Assembly: GCA_016748015.1 (NCBI GenBank)
Contig: JAAOMT010000502.1
Location: 248,001 to 312,000 of the forward strand
Length of the DNA stretch: 64,000 nucleotides
Reading direction: 5' to 3'
Origin: Geosiphon pyriformis uo1
Lineage: Eukaryota > Fungi > Glomeromycota
The translations under genes and the position numbers were made by a program. The number at the start of each line of letters is the position of its first letter. The stretch's first letter is position 1. Below are positions 52,004-64,000 of the stretch, in pieces. Below the pieces are notes generated by a model. The model searched no databases, had not been told where the DNA came from, and saw nothing but the letters and a program-made list of their open reading frames with translations.

Positions 52004-53506
52004 TTTTGTGCTTAAGATGAATGCACAAGATAATCAAATTTGCCAATGAATTCGAAACGAGACCATTTCTTTAAATATTCCTTGAAAGCAGGCTACATAG
52101 AGCACAAAAATTGATAAATTTTTAGATTTATTATAAAAAGAAATTTGCTCTTTCATTTAAAGATATATTGAATCAATGTAAAGAATTCATCGATAGATGA
52201 AGCATCCCAAGTCTTCAAATGATGTTACAAAATGAACACAAAATGATTGCGGATAAATCTTGAAGCATTCTGTGAAATATTGATTTCTTTATCATAATAA
52301 GGACAGGTTTTAAAGCGGCTGAAGTTCCCGTAATTGTGTAAGAACGTTCAAATTTGTTTTCTTCTAATAATTGTAAATAAAATAACTGTTAAAACTTTCT
52401 TGAATCTACCTAAAATTACATATCATCCGACCAACTGTGTAAGTATGGAAGAACTCATTTTACCTAATAATTATTTTTGTGGAACGCCATCGGCAGATTC
52501 TTGCTTAAATTACCTTTTCAACGAAGTTAAATCCAAGCTTTCTATTTGCTACATAGATTTGATAATGTTTAGAACCTACCACCAAAAAACATAAACAATA
52601 TAAAACAGAAATCTTTCAAAATCTGTGAAAATACTTATAAAAAAAGATCGTAAGCTTTTTACACGTGATTAACCATCCTAAAATGTTTTTAAAAAAATAA
52701 CAAAATAGTATAAATTATATTCAAAACAAAATAAAAATCTTGTTCTAATATAACCAAATATTTAATACTACAAATATATAAAACAAATTAAATTATTAAC
52801 AGAACTCTAATTTTTAAAATTTATAAAAATTACTTATTTATGTATTGTTTAATTTCATTTTTTACATAATTGAGTCTATTAAAAGGACTTTACTTTGTTA
52901 TAGCAAAAAAAAAAAGTATATTTGTTTTAATGTCATATAAAAATAAATTGTTACATTTATAAAACCAATTATTTTAATGCTCAATATTATTGAAAAAAAA
53001 ATAATGAATTTTTGAATACAAAACCCATTCAAAAAGGTTTCTAAAAAAATTAAATAATGTTAAATAATTACTATAATTATAAATAAATTTAAAACAAAAT
53101 TTTGATTTAAAAATTATTATGAACTTTTAAAATTAGACATTCAGTAAAACTGGTTCAATTATTGACAATCCTCTAATCATGCTGCTTTGTTGACACTATA
53201 AATAGCTATACAAGGTCTTAATTTGCTTAATAAAGCTGCGGTAGGTTCCTCAAATGTAAAATTTGAACAAGATGATTTTTATTTCAGGCCCAAATCAGGT
53301 TCAGTTCCGGTCGTTTTCAATTATGGCACGTTGTAGATTCTTCTGTCCGTCACACATGTTCCGGAGGAACCAGGCCGCAAATTGTTATTGCACCCCAATC
53401 TAATAATCAGGCAAAATGCATAAAACCCATTGGATCTGGGCCTTTCACAAATTAATTTTATTCAAAAATCTTTCATCATCATCCAAATTCGCTTTCAAAT
53501 AACACT

Positions 53507-55823
53507 ATGTTCCAACGCCAGCAGCAAATCATAAATGATTCGTCACGCCCATCTCAATATGGCGTTTCTCTAACTCCTAATTCTCAAAAAACTCATCGAA
53601 CATTTACAGCTCCAAGGCAAGCACCAATTCCCATGTGTGGAGTCTTAAATTGTCCTGAATATTGTGTAGTTGCCCCCAACGGAGCTCGTCAGCATTTTTG
53701 TCGCTCACATCTTGGAGGAAATTTCACCATGATATCTCATCATGTCAATATAAACCAACCACTAAAAAAACAACACCAACAACGAAATAGTTTGGATGTA
53801 CGATTTCCATATTCTGTTTCCCAACAGACATCACCAAATAGACATGGTTTTGATTCCGTTAACAATCCATCATATACCTCTCGTCCTCGACAACCATCAC
53901 CAAATAGGCATGGTTTTGATTCCGTTAACAATCCATCATATACCTCTCGTCCTCGACAACCATCACCAAATAGGCATAGTTTTGATTCCGTTAACAATCC
54001 ATCATACACCTCTCGTCCTCGACAACCATCACCAAATAGGCATAGTTTTGATTCCGTTAACAATCCATCATACACCTCTCGTCCTCGACAACCATCTCCG
54101 AATGGACATAATGAACTAATGGAACGAAATGCCACAAATAGTGATTCCCCGCATCACCCAAACCTACCCAGCAAACCAGCTCGGCAAGACTCTGATGAGA
54201 TTCCTTTAGGAATTTCACTCCTAGCAAAACACCATTCTGAGCGACAAAACAAGTCATCAAAAGAATGCTCTCAGGCTGGATGCCAAAATAAAAGATATAT
54301 AGATATGAAGGGGAATGAATATTTATTATGCGCTGGAGTTGTCTGTTCTACAGCGCTTCAAAAAGGGAATTTTTCAAGATATTCTTCCCCACATCAACCA
54401 CCAAAATGTCTTGAGGTACAAAAGATAGAAAAATCTTCACAAAATGAAAATTTAATTCAAGAACTTCCGAACCATGTTGTTAATAATCTCAATAAATCCA
54501 AAATTAAACAGGAAAAACCGGACAAGACTATCCAAAAAAAACCAAGTAAAGTGACCGAAGAACTTACAAATGAGATAGCAAGTAATGAAACGATGAGGAA
54601 ATATCAGCAAAAAACGCCGCTTAAAGTGATTCAAAACCAGAAATCTCACGTCAATGATCTTGAAGATAAAAGCTCAACCCCAACCCCCACACTAGAAAAG
54701 TATATTCAACCAATCCCAAATCAAACTTTTACCACACAGTTTATTAAGCAAGAAGACAAAGCCAACTTAGATGACATGATACTTTTGGCAAACGCTGCTC
54801 CAATTATAAATCCCCTAAAACCAAAATGTGGAAATAGTGTCTGCATAAATCCCTGTTCATCTGAACCTAATGGAAACTTAAGTCAATTCTGCGCTGGTTC
54901 AAAATGCTCATCAGAACAGAGTAATCGAAATTATTTTGATCTGACCAGACGTATTCCCTCAATATTGCAGCCTCAATCGACAAAAAATACGCTAATGGTT
55001 CCTGCCTCGGCTATTCTTGGGGTGATCGATTCAGGTCGAGAATGTGCGAATTCATCTTGCCATAAACCCGTATATGTAGATCCGAAAGAACCAACCAAGT
55101 TTCACGCGTTTTGTAACAATCGTTGTTATTGGATTGAAGTGGCACAATTGAATAAAACTAAAGTAGCAGTGGTTGATAAAAATGATGTTGAATACGCACG
55201 AATTTTACGACCCCTTTTAAATGGTTTGCCCCCAAATAGTATAAAGGCAATTCTTCGAATCCAAATGTCCAAAAATATTGCTTATCAACATTTGGAGCTT
55301 CGAAAAGCAATGGGTGTTGATGCCAACATTGATCCTACATACTTGACTCATCGTTTGTATCATGGAACAAATGTCGCCTGTGGTACTCTTGGAATTATTC
55401 ACGGAGGCACTGTTTGCAGCAATTCCCAATGTGGCATGTGTGGCATCTTAAAAGAAGGAAATAAATCGATAAAATCAAAACATCAAGGAAGTAAGTGATT
55501 CAATCCTTTATTGAACCATTCATAAAATTTGCTAACGCTAACGCTAGCGCTCTAATTATAATATTTTAGGTATGTTCTTTACGAATCATCCTCAGAAAGC
55601 TTTTCAAGCTGGAGGCAATGGGAAAACAAAGGCGATCTTTATAGTGGATGTTTTGGCGCCTAAATATGAGTCAGAATTAGTTATCAACAATGATGCTGTA
55701 AGTTTACATTTTGGTCTTTAAATCACATTTAACTAAGGTTATATTTTTAAGATCTAATGTGAAAAAATTATTTCCATGTCTTAACAGGCTTCCTTACCTC
55801 GATATTTGATTTTGTGCGAATAA
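53507..55823 (+). CDS. PARP-like ADP-ribosyltransferase-fold protein, paralog C (4 Zn-finger-like units plus 22-aa tandem repeat), 3 exons
   Basis: CANSSC...FCNNRCYW, ILRIQMS, LYHGT-NVAC...VCSNSQCGMCGI; intron; SMFFTNHPQKAF...IFIVDV...SELVINNDA; intron; ASLPRYLILCE* (TAA 55821-55823). Confidence 0.82.
53829..54103 (+). repeat. 66-bp coding tandem repeat x4 (SPNRH(G/S)FDSVNNPSYTSRPRQP)
   Basis: catcaccaaata recurs at 53829, 53895, 53961 and 54027, with a partial copy at 54093; units nearly identical. Confidence 0.97.
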
Positions 55824-56549
55824 CATCCAACTTTCCAATCAAATCGCTGCTCTGATTTCCCATATTTCTATATATTTTTAGAAAAAGAAAATTTTTATAT
55901 TGAGTGATATCTCAAAAACCTTGTATAATATTTTGATTCTGTTATCCTCAAAAATTTTCTCTATCTGTACATAGTAAGCAAGTCTTTGTTCGCATAATGT
56001 CAAAGGGTTCCAAAAGTCCAGTATGAAGATATTGGTAGTCTGATTTATTTCCGGTTTCAAGTAAATCTCTGAAACATGTTTTAAACGCTTATTTAATATA
56101 TTTATGATTTTGAAACCGCTTAAAGTATCTATAGCCCGTGTCAGAAATCCCAAGTTCTGACTGCAAATCTGATGGCTTCAGAGATTATTGTTCAACTGCC
56201 ATTTTATAAGTTTGGTGTTAGTTGATCAAAGTAGTGTGTTTTGTGTTTTGCCTAACATTTTTCATTTTTTTTTAATGAGACATGAGGAACAAATAAACAT
56301 GAGCACAATTCATTTAATAGTCAAATTGAAATATTGTCGTCAATTTATTTTTTAATTTTGTTTTGTAATATTATTCTAAGTCGATTTGACACTATATCAT
56401 ACTAGAAAATTTTCATGATATATTAGGGGGTCGATCAGTTTTAAAGAGGTCAAATGAAGAGAAAAAGATTCAAGTTTTTACAATATTTTCCTCCCTACAC
56501 AAGGAATAAACTTAGGTTTTATCAAACAAAGAGCTCCTATTCGCCAGTT

Positions 56550-57330
56550 ATGAGTTTTTATTTGCCCCGAATGGATGGCAGAACTTATGGATGGACTCAT
56601 AGCAAACATGAAGATTGTGTTCGGACTGAAACAAATAATCTTACTGAGACCAAAATAACTGTTCTTCCAGCAAATGACGGCGACTTTATTGAAGTTGCGA
56701 ATAGATTTTACTCGACTCTTGGTCCTAATCCGGCAAAAATTGAAGGAATTCTACGTCTTCAAATGCCAAGAGAGATAGTTGACCGTCATTTAACCGCTAA
56801 AACAGAAATGGCCAGAGCTTTAAATGTTCCAGAGAGTAGTATTACTCATTGCATGTTTCATGGTACAAGTGTACTCTGTGAACCAATTAATCATTTATCA
56901 GGTGGAGGGTTATGTTCAAATTACAAGTGTGGAATGTGTGGAATAATTGGTCGAGGAAACGATCCAGCCATGTCAAATTATGGGGGTGGTGAGTCGCAAA
57001 ACTTTAAAAAAGTGAAATAGGGAATTAATTCTTGATACCCTTATTTTTTTTTAGAAATGTGGTTCGCTTCAATCTCTGCCCATTCTGTTAGGCATAGTAA
57101 CTTTCGTTCTTCAAAATCTATTAAGGGGATATTTGTTATTGATCTTCTCTCAGGAAATAGTGGTGAGATTTTAACAACTTTTGAAGCGGCTGTAAGTTTT
57201 CCAAGTTAAAAATTTTCTTTTGCGGTTTTTTTAATTGAAATTTCTAAATTTATATCATCTTTTATTTTAGAATTCTCTCCCAAAATTCCTTATCCTATAT
57301 AAGGTATTAAAGAAGAATGGGTTGCGCTGA
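56550..57330 (+). CDS. PARP-like ADP-ribosyltransferase-fold protein, paralog D (catalytic domain only), 3 exons; alternative ATG at 56454
   Basis: TETKITVL, ILRLQMP, MFHGT-SVLC...LCSNYKCGMCGI; intron; EMWFASISAHS...IFVIDL...GEILTTFEAA; intron; NSLPKFLILY...LR* (TGA 57328-57330). Confidence 0.8.
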
Positions 57331-58163
57331 AGATAATTTTTGAAGGAACCAGATATATATCTCGAGTTGGGTATCAAAAATTCAAAGCAGGGCTTTCAAA
57401 TAAATTGCTTCAAATTTCTTACTTTAAAGAGGTATCGACCATTAATGGTATTAAAAAGGCATAGTACAAACTCTTGCCAAATATAGCTAAATTCATTGAT
57501 TTTTGGGATTATAAAAAGAGTTGAGAATGATTAATGTCTTAAAATGGAATAAATATTTGGGCTCAAAAACAAAAGCTTAATTCTTTAAATTTATATTGAA
57601 AATTGAAAATTGAAATAGTCTAGATTTTCATTGTAGTTAAAGAAAAGCATTATTTACCTCCAAAAAAAGTTATATTTATAGTGATAAAAGACAATAGATG
57701 TTATTTTTCCTCGAAATAATTATTCAAGATCTTTTGTGATCATGGAATAACTTTTCTTGCAAACAATGAATGAAATTTTATAAAAAAAATACCAAATAAG
57801 TCATAATTTGTTTTCTCTCTCATTAAAATGAGTTTTAAGGATCTCCGTGCCATCACAAAATAAGTTTTCTGTCATATTTAATATTCTATCTCCATTTCAA
57901 TATTAAATTCGATTTGCAGTAAAAATAAATTTGAAAAGTTTGAATCATTAATATTGAGAAAATTTTAAATTTGTGTTGGCGCAATCCAAAAGCTCTCAAA
58001 AATAAGATTAACAATTATAGTTTAGATTGTAGAGTCCAATTGTAGTAAAAACTATTCCAAATCAAAACGTCTATATCTAAGAATTTATCATTAAAGACTT
58101 TTCTTGATATAAAATTGCAGTGTTTCAAAGCTTTTCAAAGAGTTAAACTTTTTATCTTTCAAT

Positions 58164-58535
58164 ATGCTCACTTTGTTAATTTTAATTTTAATTTTCTTTA
58201 ACGGTTCGCTCAATTATTCCAATTTTGCGTACTCGTTGGAAATTCAAAATGATTGTGACCCTTTAATTGGTCAGGATATCTATTATATGCCCAGGAGGTC
58301 ATCAGTCCTATTTCATTTATATGATTATGATATTCAAGATATTTGCAACGATCGAGGCTTGCGGACTCGTACCATCAAATTATTCCCTGCTTCTGTTAAT
58401 AGTGATCGCGAAAAGCTTGAAACGGGAAACCTGTATATCGTTAAGGCTCAGTATGAAAATGGTTGCAGGCAGTTATGCAAGCGCACAAGAGATCTCGATT
58501 TACAGAAGTGTATTTTTGTTTGCCCTTTAGAGTAA
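58164..58535 (+). CDS. Small secreted cysteine-containing protein (123 aa, 6 Cys), candidate effector
   Basis: Hydrophobic N-terminus MLTLLILILIFFNGS..AYS; intronless ORF with higher GC than its flanks; TATA-like tataaaa at ~58108. Confidence 0.6.
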   Translation: MLTLLILILIFFNGSLNYSNFAYSLEIQNDCDPLIGQDIYYMPRRSSVLFHLYDYDIQDICNDRGLRTRTIKLFPASVNSDREKLETGNLYIVKAQYENGCRQLCKRTRDLDLQKCIFVCPLE

Positions 58536-59549
58536 GCTGATGTCCCTGTTTCCACTTTAATCTTTGACCAATGAAAATATCGATCACCCGCTTTTACAAC
58601 AAAAATGTTTTGACAAAATACAGATTGAACATGAAACATTTTTTTAATTCATCTCAGGGTAATTCATCTCAGGATAATTTTTATCCCCTCTTTAAATAGT
58701 TAATTCCAGTGTCTTAAACTACATAATCGGTAAATAACATAATGAATATTTCAGATTGAGTTTTGAATGTAAAGAATTTTCAAATTTGGTGACGACTAAA
58801 AAAGTAGTGAGATCTTTAAGGACAATTGGTCAGGCTAAGAATTTCTACAATGGGGGTCAAATTAATAATAATATAGAAACCAAACATCATTACTTATAAA
58901 GTAAAATTAGCTGTGAACTGGGTAATTCAGAATATATTGGGTTTTTACTCTATTGGAAGTGAATTTCTTATTCAGCGATTTTGGGAAATAATAATAATAA
59001 TATTGTCGTTTTCTTTATACCTCTTCAGAGGACAAATGATTTCTTAAACTCTTATTTCGCACTGCTATGAGCTCGAAGGGATTGTCACAATGACAAAATA
59101 AGATATTTTATAAAGTTTAATCATAATCATAGGCTTTTTTTATCATATTCTACTCTTTTATTGTGTATAATGTAATTGGATTGTTATAGGTTGAAATAAA
59201 AAGTTAAATAGACAACAAATGAGTAAAAATTTTAAAATCAAATAAGAAATAGAATAAAAAAAAGAATGTATAAATTATTCAATTAAAAAAATTCAATCAT
59301 AGGTTATTAATTTCTAATAATTTTACATTTCAGTTAAGATTCTTAGAATTTAATAACAGATATAATTTATTAATAATAAATTATGGTACCAATTTTTACT
59401 TTTCAAACTAAATTTTAATTAAAATCAAACACAAAAAAAAATTTAATGATTAAATTTGGAAAAATAAAATAAAAATTTGGTTTACTAATAAAATTTTATT
59501 GCAAAAATTAATAAATAAAAAAATTAATATCATTTAAAATAATGCCATC

Positions 59550-60525
59550 AAAGGAAGACTGGTTTCTGAGAATGCCCATCACTTTGTTAGGCGGCTTTTT
59601 GAAGCTGTTGGTTTCATTGGCTGGGAATCCAAATGCACTGATAGTGCTGTGGATACGATGCTTTGCAATCTCTTTGATATGCAAAGGACCTTTGGTGTGT
59701 GGCATCCTGATGGTCGTGTTAGATTTGGTTTCACCAGCTCTGCTTCTGCGGCACTTCGATCCTACTTCATGAAGGCCTTGCACCACTGTTTACCTGTGGC
59801 CAAGAGGAAGAGACTGTATAACTCAAATTATCTTAGTGTATTATGCATCTGGTGTGGGCTAATTGAGGACTCTGATCATATATTTTCATGCATCCATAAC
59901 AATTGTGCTAGAAGGGACCTAATCTCGAACACTATCCAAAAGTGGGTTGATTTGCTGGGTACTTGTGCTGCTGATTGCAAGGTGATCCGATCCTTGCGTA
60001 AGGCAGAATCTTCTGGTTGCTTATATATGTTACTGGCCAAAGGCTTTATATTGGAGAAATGGGTGGCTAAAACAGTGCGCTCGTTGGGTGCTGGGTCTAA
60101 TGGTAGTGCAATGGTCATTGATTTGGTTAGGGGTTTTGCTAAGGGTCATAGAGCTGCCATTTGGTTGCCAGGCAGATGTCTGAGGGTACATTATGAAAAG
60201 CATGGTCTCCTGCCTCGTGATAGGTTGGTTGTTCTGTCTGTTTCGGGGTTGTCATCCTTATGGACTCTCAAGATGATTCATAATTTTGGTATCAGGCTGG
60301 GTATACATGTTTGTTTCGAATTACACCCTCTTTTGACTAGTTTGTATTTTGGTTTTATGCAGGATTTTCCTGTAATGAGTGGAATGGGCGTATAGTGTTG
60401 CCTTGATTGGCCCGAGTTGTAGAAAAAGCATGAGCCACACTTAATCTAGAATCTTTTTTGATTGTTTGTTTTTAGGTAGTGGTTGGGCTGCACTCGTAAA
60501 ACTTAATAAAATAAATAAATAAAAT
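59550..60525 (+). mobile_element. 5'-truncated LINE copy (ORF2 C-terminus, 3' UTR, A-rich tail)
   Basis: ORF 59649-60395 (CIWCG..EDSDHIFSC; LLAKGF; GHRAAIWL) is homologous to 12080-12616; ends in taataaaataaataaat. Confidence 0.9.
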
Positions 60526-61258
60526 AATTATAAAGTATTATAATAAAATAGTTTTAACAAAAAATATTTTAATAGTTGTTAATTATAATTTTTTTAAAAT
60601 AATATTTTTTTCTAATTCATTTTTTTTACTTTAATTTTTGACATTTTTTTATACTATTTAAAAAAATCATAATAAAAATTTAATATAAACTTATTAAATA
60701 ATTGTTTAATAATTGATTAAAAAAATGTCAATTTTTTTTTACTAAATTTTTTAAACAAAAATGCAAACATAAAAGCAAAAAAAATATATTCATTAAAGTT
60801 TTCTTAAATAGGAAAAAATTATGCATAATAATATTTTTACTGATATTATCTATTAAAAAAAAACAAATCTTATTGTTATATAAAAAAATAATTGGTTTAA
60901 TTCAAAATTTGTTTTAAATTAAATTGTATAACAAAAAAAATAACTTCAAATTATTATAAAGTTTTTTTCAATATTTTATATATTATTATACTGCATACTG
61001 AAAAAAAGTTAAATATAGTCATATTTATTTAATATTAAAAAAATTTGTTTACTTGTTATTTTATTATTCAAAAATATCATAATCATTTTATAGAATTAAT
61101 ATTAATAACTTACCAATAGCTAACTAATTTAAAAGGTAAATATTTTATTTTTAATTTCGATTAAAATCATAAATGTCTAATATATATTAAGAATTACAAT
61201 TTTTTTTAATAATGCATTTAAATAAATTAAAAATGACTCTACATTATTTGTTATATTT

Positions 61259-61300
61259 GTATTTTATTTTATTTTATTTTATTTTATTTTATTTTATTTT
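61259..61300. repeat. (ATTTT)n pentanucleotide repeat
   Basis: Direct reading. Confidence 0.85.
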
Positions 61301-63042
61301 TAATAAAAATCTTTTGCAAAAATGTTTATATCATTTGAATGTCTTTGGTTTTGAAAAAATTAAATTGTGACAAACAAGTATCACATTGTAGCAATATACT
61401 TGGATGTCATCTCTACTTACAATTCACTAATTTCTATAAAAAATATTTCAAGTCTTATTTAGATTGTGAAATTAGAAAAACCTTAGCCAAATCAAAACGG
61501 CTTCTTTTTTCTCGATTTTTTAACCTAAAAAACTTCTCAGCGATATAGGTTCAGTTACATAAGTTATTGCATCCCACTGTTAAAATACGAGCTCATTATT
61601 ATTGTGGAATCGTTTTCATCAATTAATGCCTATACCAAATTGACACAAATAAAAGTTTTGATTTTTAAAAGGAAATATTTTCTAGGATTAAATTTTTAAG
61701 TTTAAGATTTCTTATATTAAAGATAAAGTTATGCTATGACCTTTCCATTTTGCAGGAACAATAAATGGCCCTATCCACACAAGATTACATCTGACGATAA
61801 ACTTACATATTCCTTACAAACCAATAAATGGACGTTTTCCTGAATTTATAGGATGTAAAGAGAAGTTCATGAAACCCGAGCAGATGTCTCAATCCGTGCA
61901 ATCTTTATTAATCCTGGTGTTCGCTTAACTTTTACTTGGAATTCCCTCTAAAGTCAGACCCCGATGATGTTGGACAAATTTTTCGCCTATGCAAGTATAT
62001 GAATGACCTCATTATGCAAGAAATTATAATTGGCAATTTCTACTTTAAAGTGTAAAAAACACAAAAACCGACGATTTGACAAAATAGTCTTTGCACATAC
62101 GACAAAAGATTGTGCGTTTACAACATTGAAATCAACAGAAAAGGGATTGTGGTTCCACTCATGAGTTTGTCATCCCGTCAAACATGACGATTTGTAAGGT
62201 GAGAAAAACTACTTGAAAGACTTCTGATAAATCCTTTGCTAGACACATTACCATTTTCGTCAACGTCTGATTGTCAAGATGGAAAATTTACAAGTCCGTA
62301 TTGCAGTAAAAAATGAAAAGCATTAGAGGGTTGAAAGTTTATAACCGTTAAAATTTGGTCTGTAATGAACGGGAGATGAAAATTACGTTTGGGGACATCT
62401 TCTCGCTTGATGGAGCTTTAAGATTCATGCGAAAAATAGTAGTCTTACCTACTACTGATGTGTTACAATTCATTTGGACAGTTAATAAAATGCCACAAAG
62501 TTTTGAGGATGTTAGGGTGTGGTAAGACATTATCAAGAATATTACAACATTCAGTTGATTAGCCAAGAAAAAATTTAAATTTGACAATTGTTTTCACAAT
62601 AATTACTAATCTCTGAGACTTTAAAGCACAAAATTATGCAAGTTTTTTTTTTCATATCAAAAGAAAGATTCTAAAATTAAAAAAAGCTTTACCTGCAAAA
62701 AATTAATTTTAAAAAGTAATTCAATGTTTCATGTATGGCAAAAATTTATATAGAAACTTTATTTAGTGTAAACCTACTCAATCTTTTTTTTTTTGGGGGA
62801 AACAAAGAATAATAATTAGATAAAGAAGTAAATATTTCATTATCACTGATATAAATATCTCAATGAATAATGTTCATTTGGAAACTTTCCCGTAGAATTA
62901 TTCATGACAAAATTGAGCATAATTGTAATAAAACCTTAATCCAATTTCTTTTGCCAACTTTTCATAGCCTGTTTATAGTCTTGCAATAGCTTTTTAATAA
63001 CTTATTTTAGTCATTTATGGTTTTAAGAAAATTTTCTAAAAA

Positions 63043-63110
63043 GTTTATCACCTAAATAAATATCATTCAAAATGTTTATCACCTAAATAAATATCATTCA
63101 AAATGTTTAT
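63043..63110. repeat. 31-bp exact tandem duplication
   Basis: gtttatcacctaaataaatatcattcaaaat x2. Confidence 0.9.
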
Positions 63111-64000
63111 TGGTATTATTTAATACAGGTAACATTAGTCGCTCAACTTGAAAAAAAATTTGATGATCGCTCAACCTTATAAGCGTAAATAACTATCATA
63201 TAAATAAGACTGAAAAACAAGGTTTAGCACCATGTTTTGAACACATATTTTTTTGAGTAGTTTTTAAGGAAAATCATGGAATTTTTTTTCAATTAATAAT
63301 TTTTAAAATTAAATTCTTCATTGAACAAAAGAATGTTTTTATTTGACAAATTTTCAATCTTTATTTTCAATATTTTTAAATAAATCATAAAAAATTTTTC
63401 CCCTGTATTTTTCCAGAATATTTTCAAGGATATATAAGGATATACAATATTAATTAAGGCTCTTTCCTATTCAATTTGAAAAATTAAAAAGTACTAAAAA
63501 AAGGTTCTTTTTTGTAATTTTTAACCTATTTTTGGATAAACTTGATTGCAGAACGAAATAAAAAAAACTATTCTTCGTTCCATTGTTATTGTTGAAGAAG
63601 TGGGGTTCAATTAATATTTGATAAATTTTTTTGCACTGTATCCAAAGTATAATTTTATGTGACTACTTTTGGAAATTAATTCCATCATTCTATTGGTTCG
63701 ATCCTGAAAGGGATGATCAACATATTACATATACTTTACCATTTAGGTTTTAAGAATAAAGCTCAGTAATATATGCATAATATATCATGGGGGAAGCATT
63801 CAAATTTCGATATCAAAAGGGTTCGGTTTTTTTCAATTTACACTCTAGAATATCAACTAATTGAGAATATCCCGAAAATGAATGCATTCATTTTCGGCCG
63901 TTTCGATAAAAGCTGAAATATTTAAAACTGAAATTGTGGGTAAGATTAAAAGTGTAGGTATCAATAATTGGCAATGATTCCAAAAACTTAAATGAATGAT

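Noticed and set aside
53829-54103. Regular repeats resembling a CRISPR array
   Set aside because: Units are contiguous with no unique spacers, are in frame within a eukaryotic CDS, and no cas genes are present.
53740-54135. Antisense Cys-repeat ORF (CLFGDGCRGREVYDG)n
   Set aside because: Shadow of the 66-bp repeat in the plus-strand gene.
1-64000. Prokaryotic operon or defence-island interpretation
   Set aside because: Spliceosomal introns, LTR/LINE/Tc1 elements and low gene density show this is eukaryotic nuclear DNA; no rRNA or tRNA genes were recognised.

Overview
Very AT-rich eukaryotic (fungal) genomic DNA with short GT-AG introns (mostly ~70-130 nt), so the ORF track fragments or misses most real genes. 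The gene and TE repertoire (lipase-3, dUTPase-carrying Ty3/gypsy, RNase H-bearing LINE, Tc1) resembles an early-diverging, Glomeromycotina-like fungus; this is inference only. I reconstructed spliced host genes by hand: a LaeA-like SAM methyltransferase, an AA11-like LPMO, a secreted class-3 lipase with Ser->Ala at the nucleophile, a 5-exon standalone C2-domain gene absent from the ORF track, an S10 carboxypeptidase pseudogene and two small secreted proteins. Most notable are four dispersed paralogs of a divergent PARP-like ADP-ribosyltransferase fold (HGT + Cys4 insert + MWF/MFF + LPR/K-F/Y-LI). They share two intron positions, differ at the catalytic-triad positions, and carry 0 to ~6 N-terminal C-x4-C...C-x3-C/H zinc-finger-like units. 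Mobile DNA: a 9.9-kb Ty3/gypsy element (1013-bp LTRs, CCAC TSD, dUTPase and extra ORF) nested in a LINE, two further LINE 3' fragments, and two Tc1/mariner relics, all heavily decayed by transition mutations.
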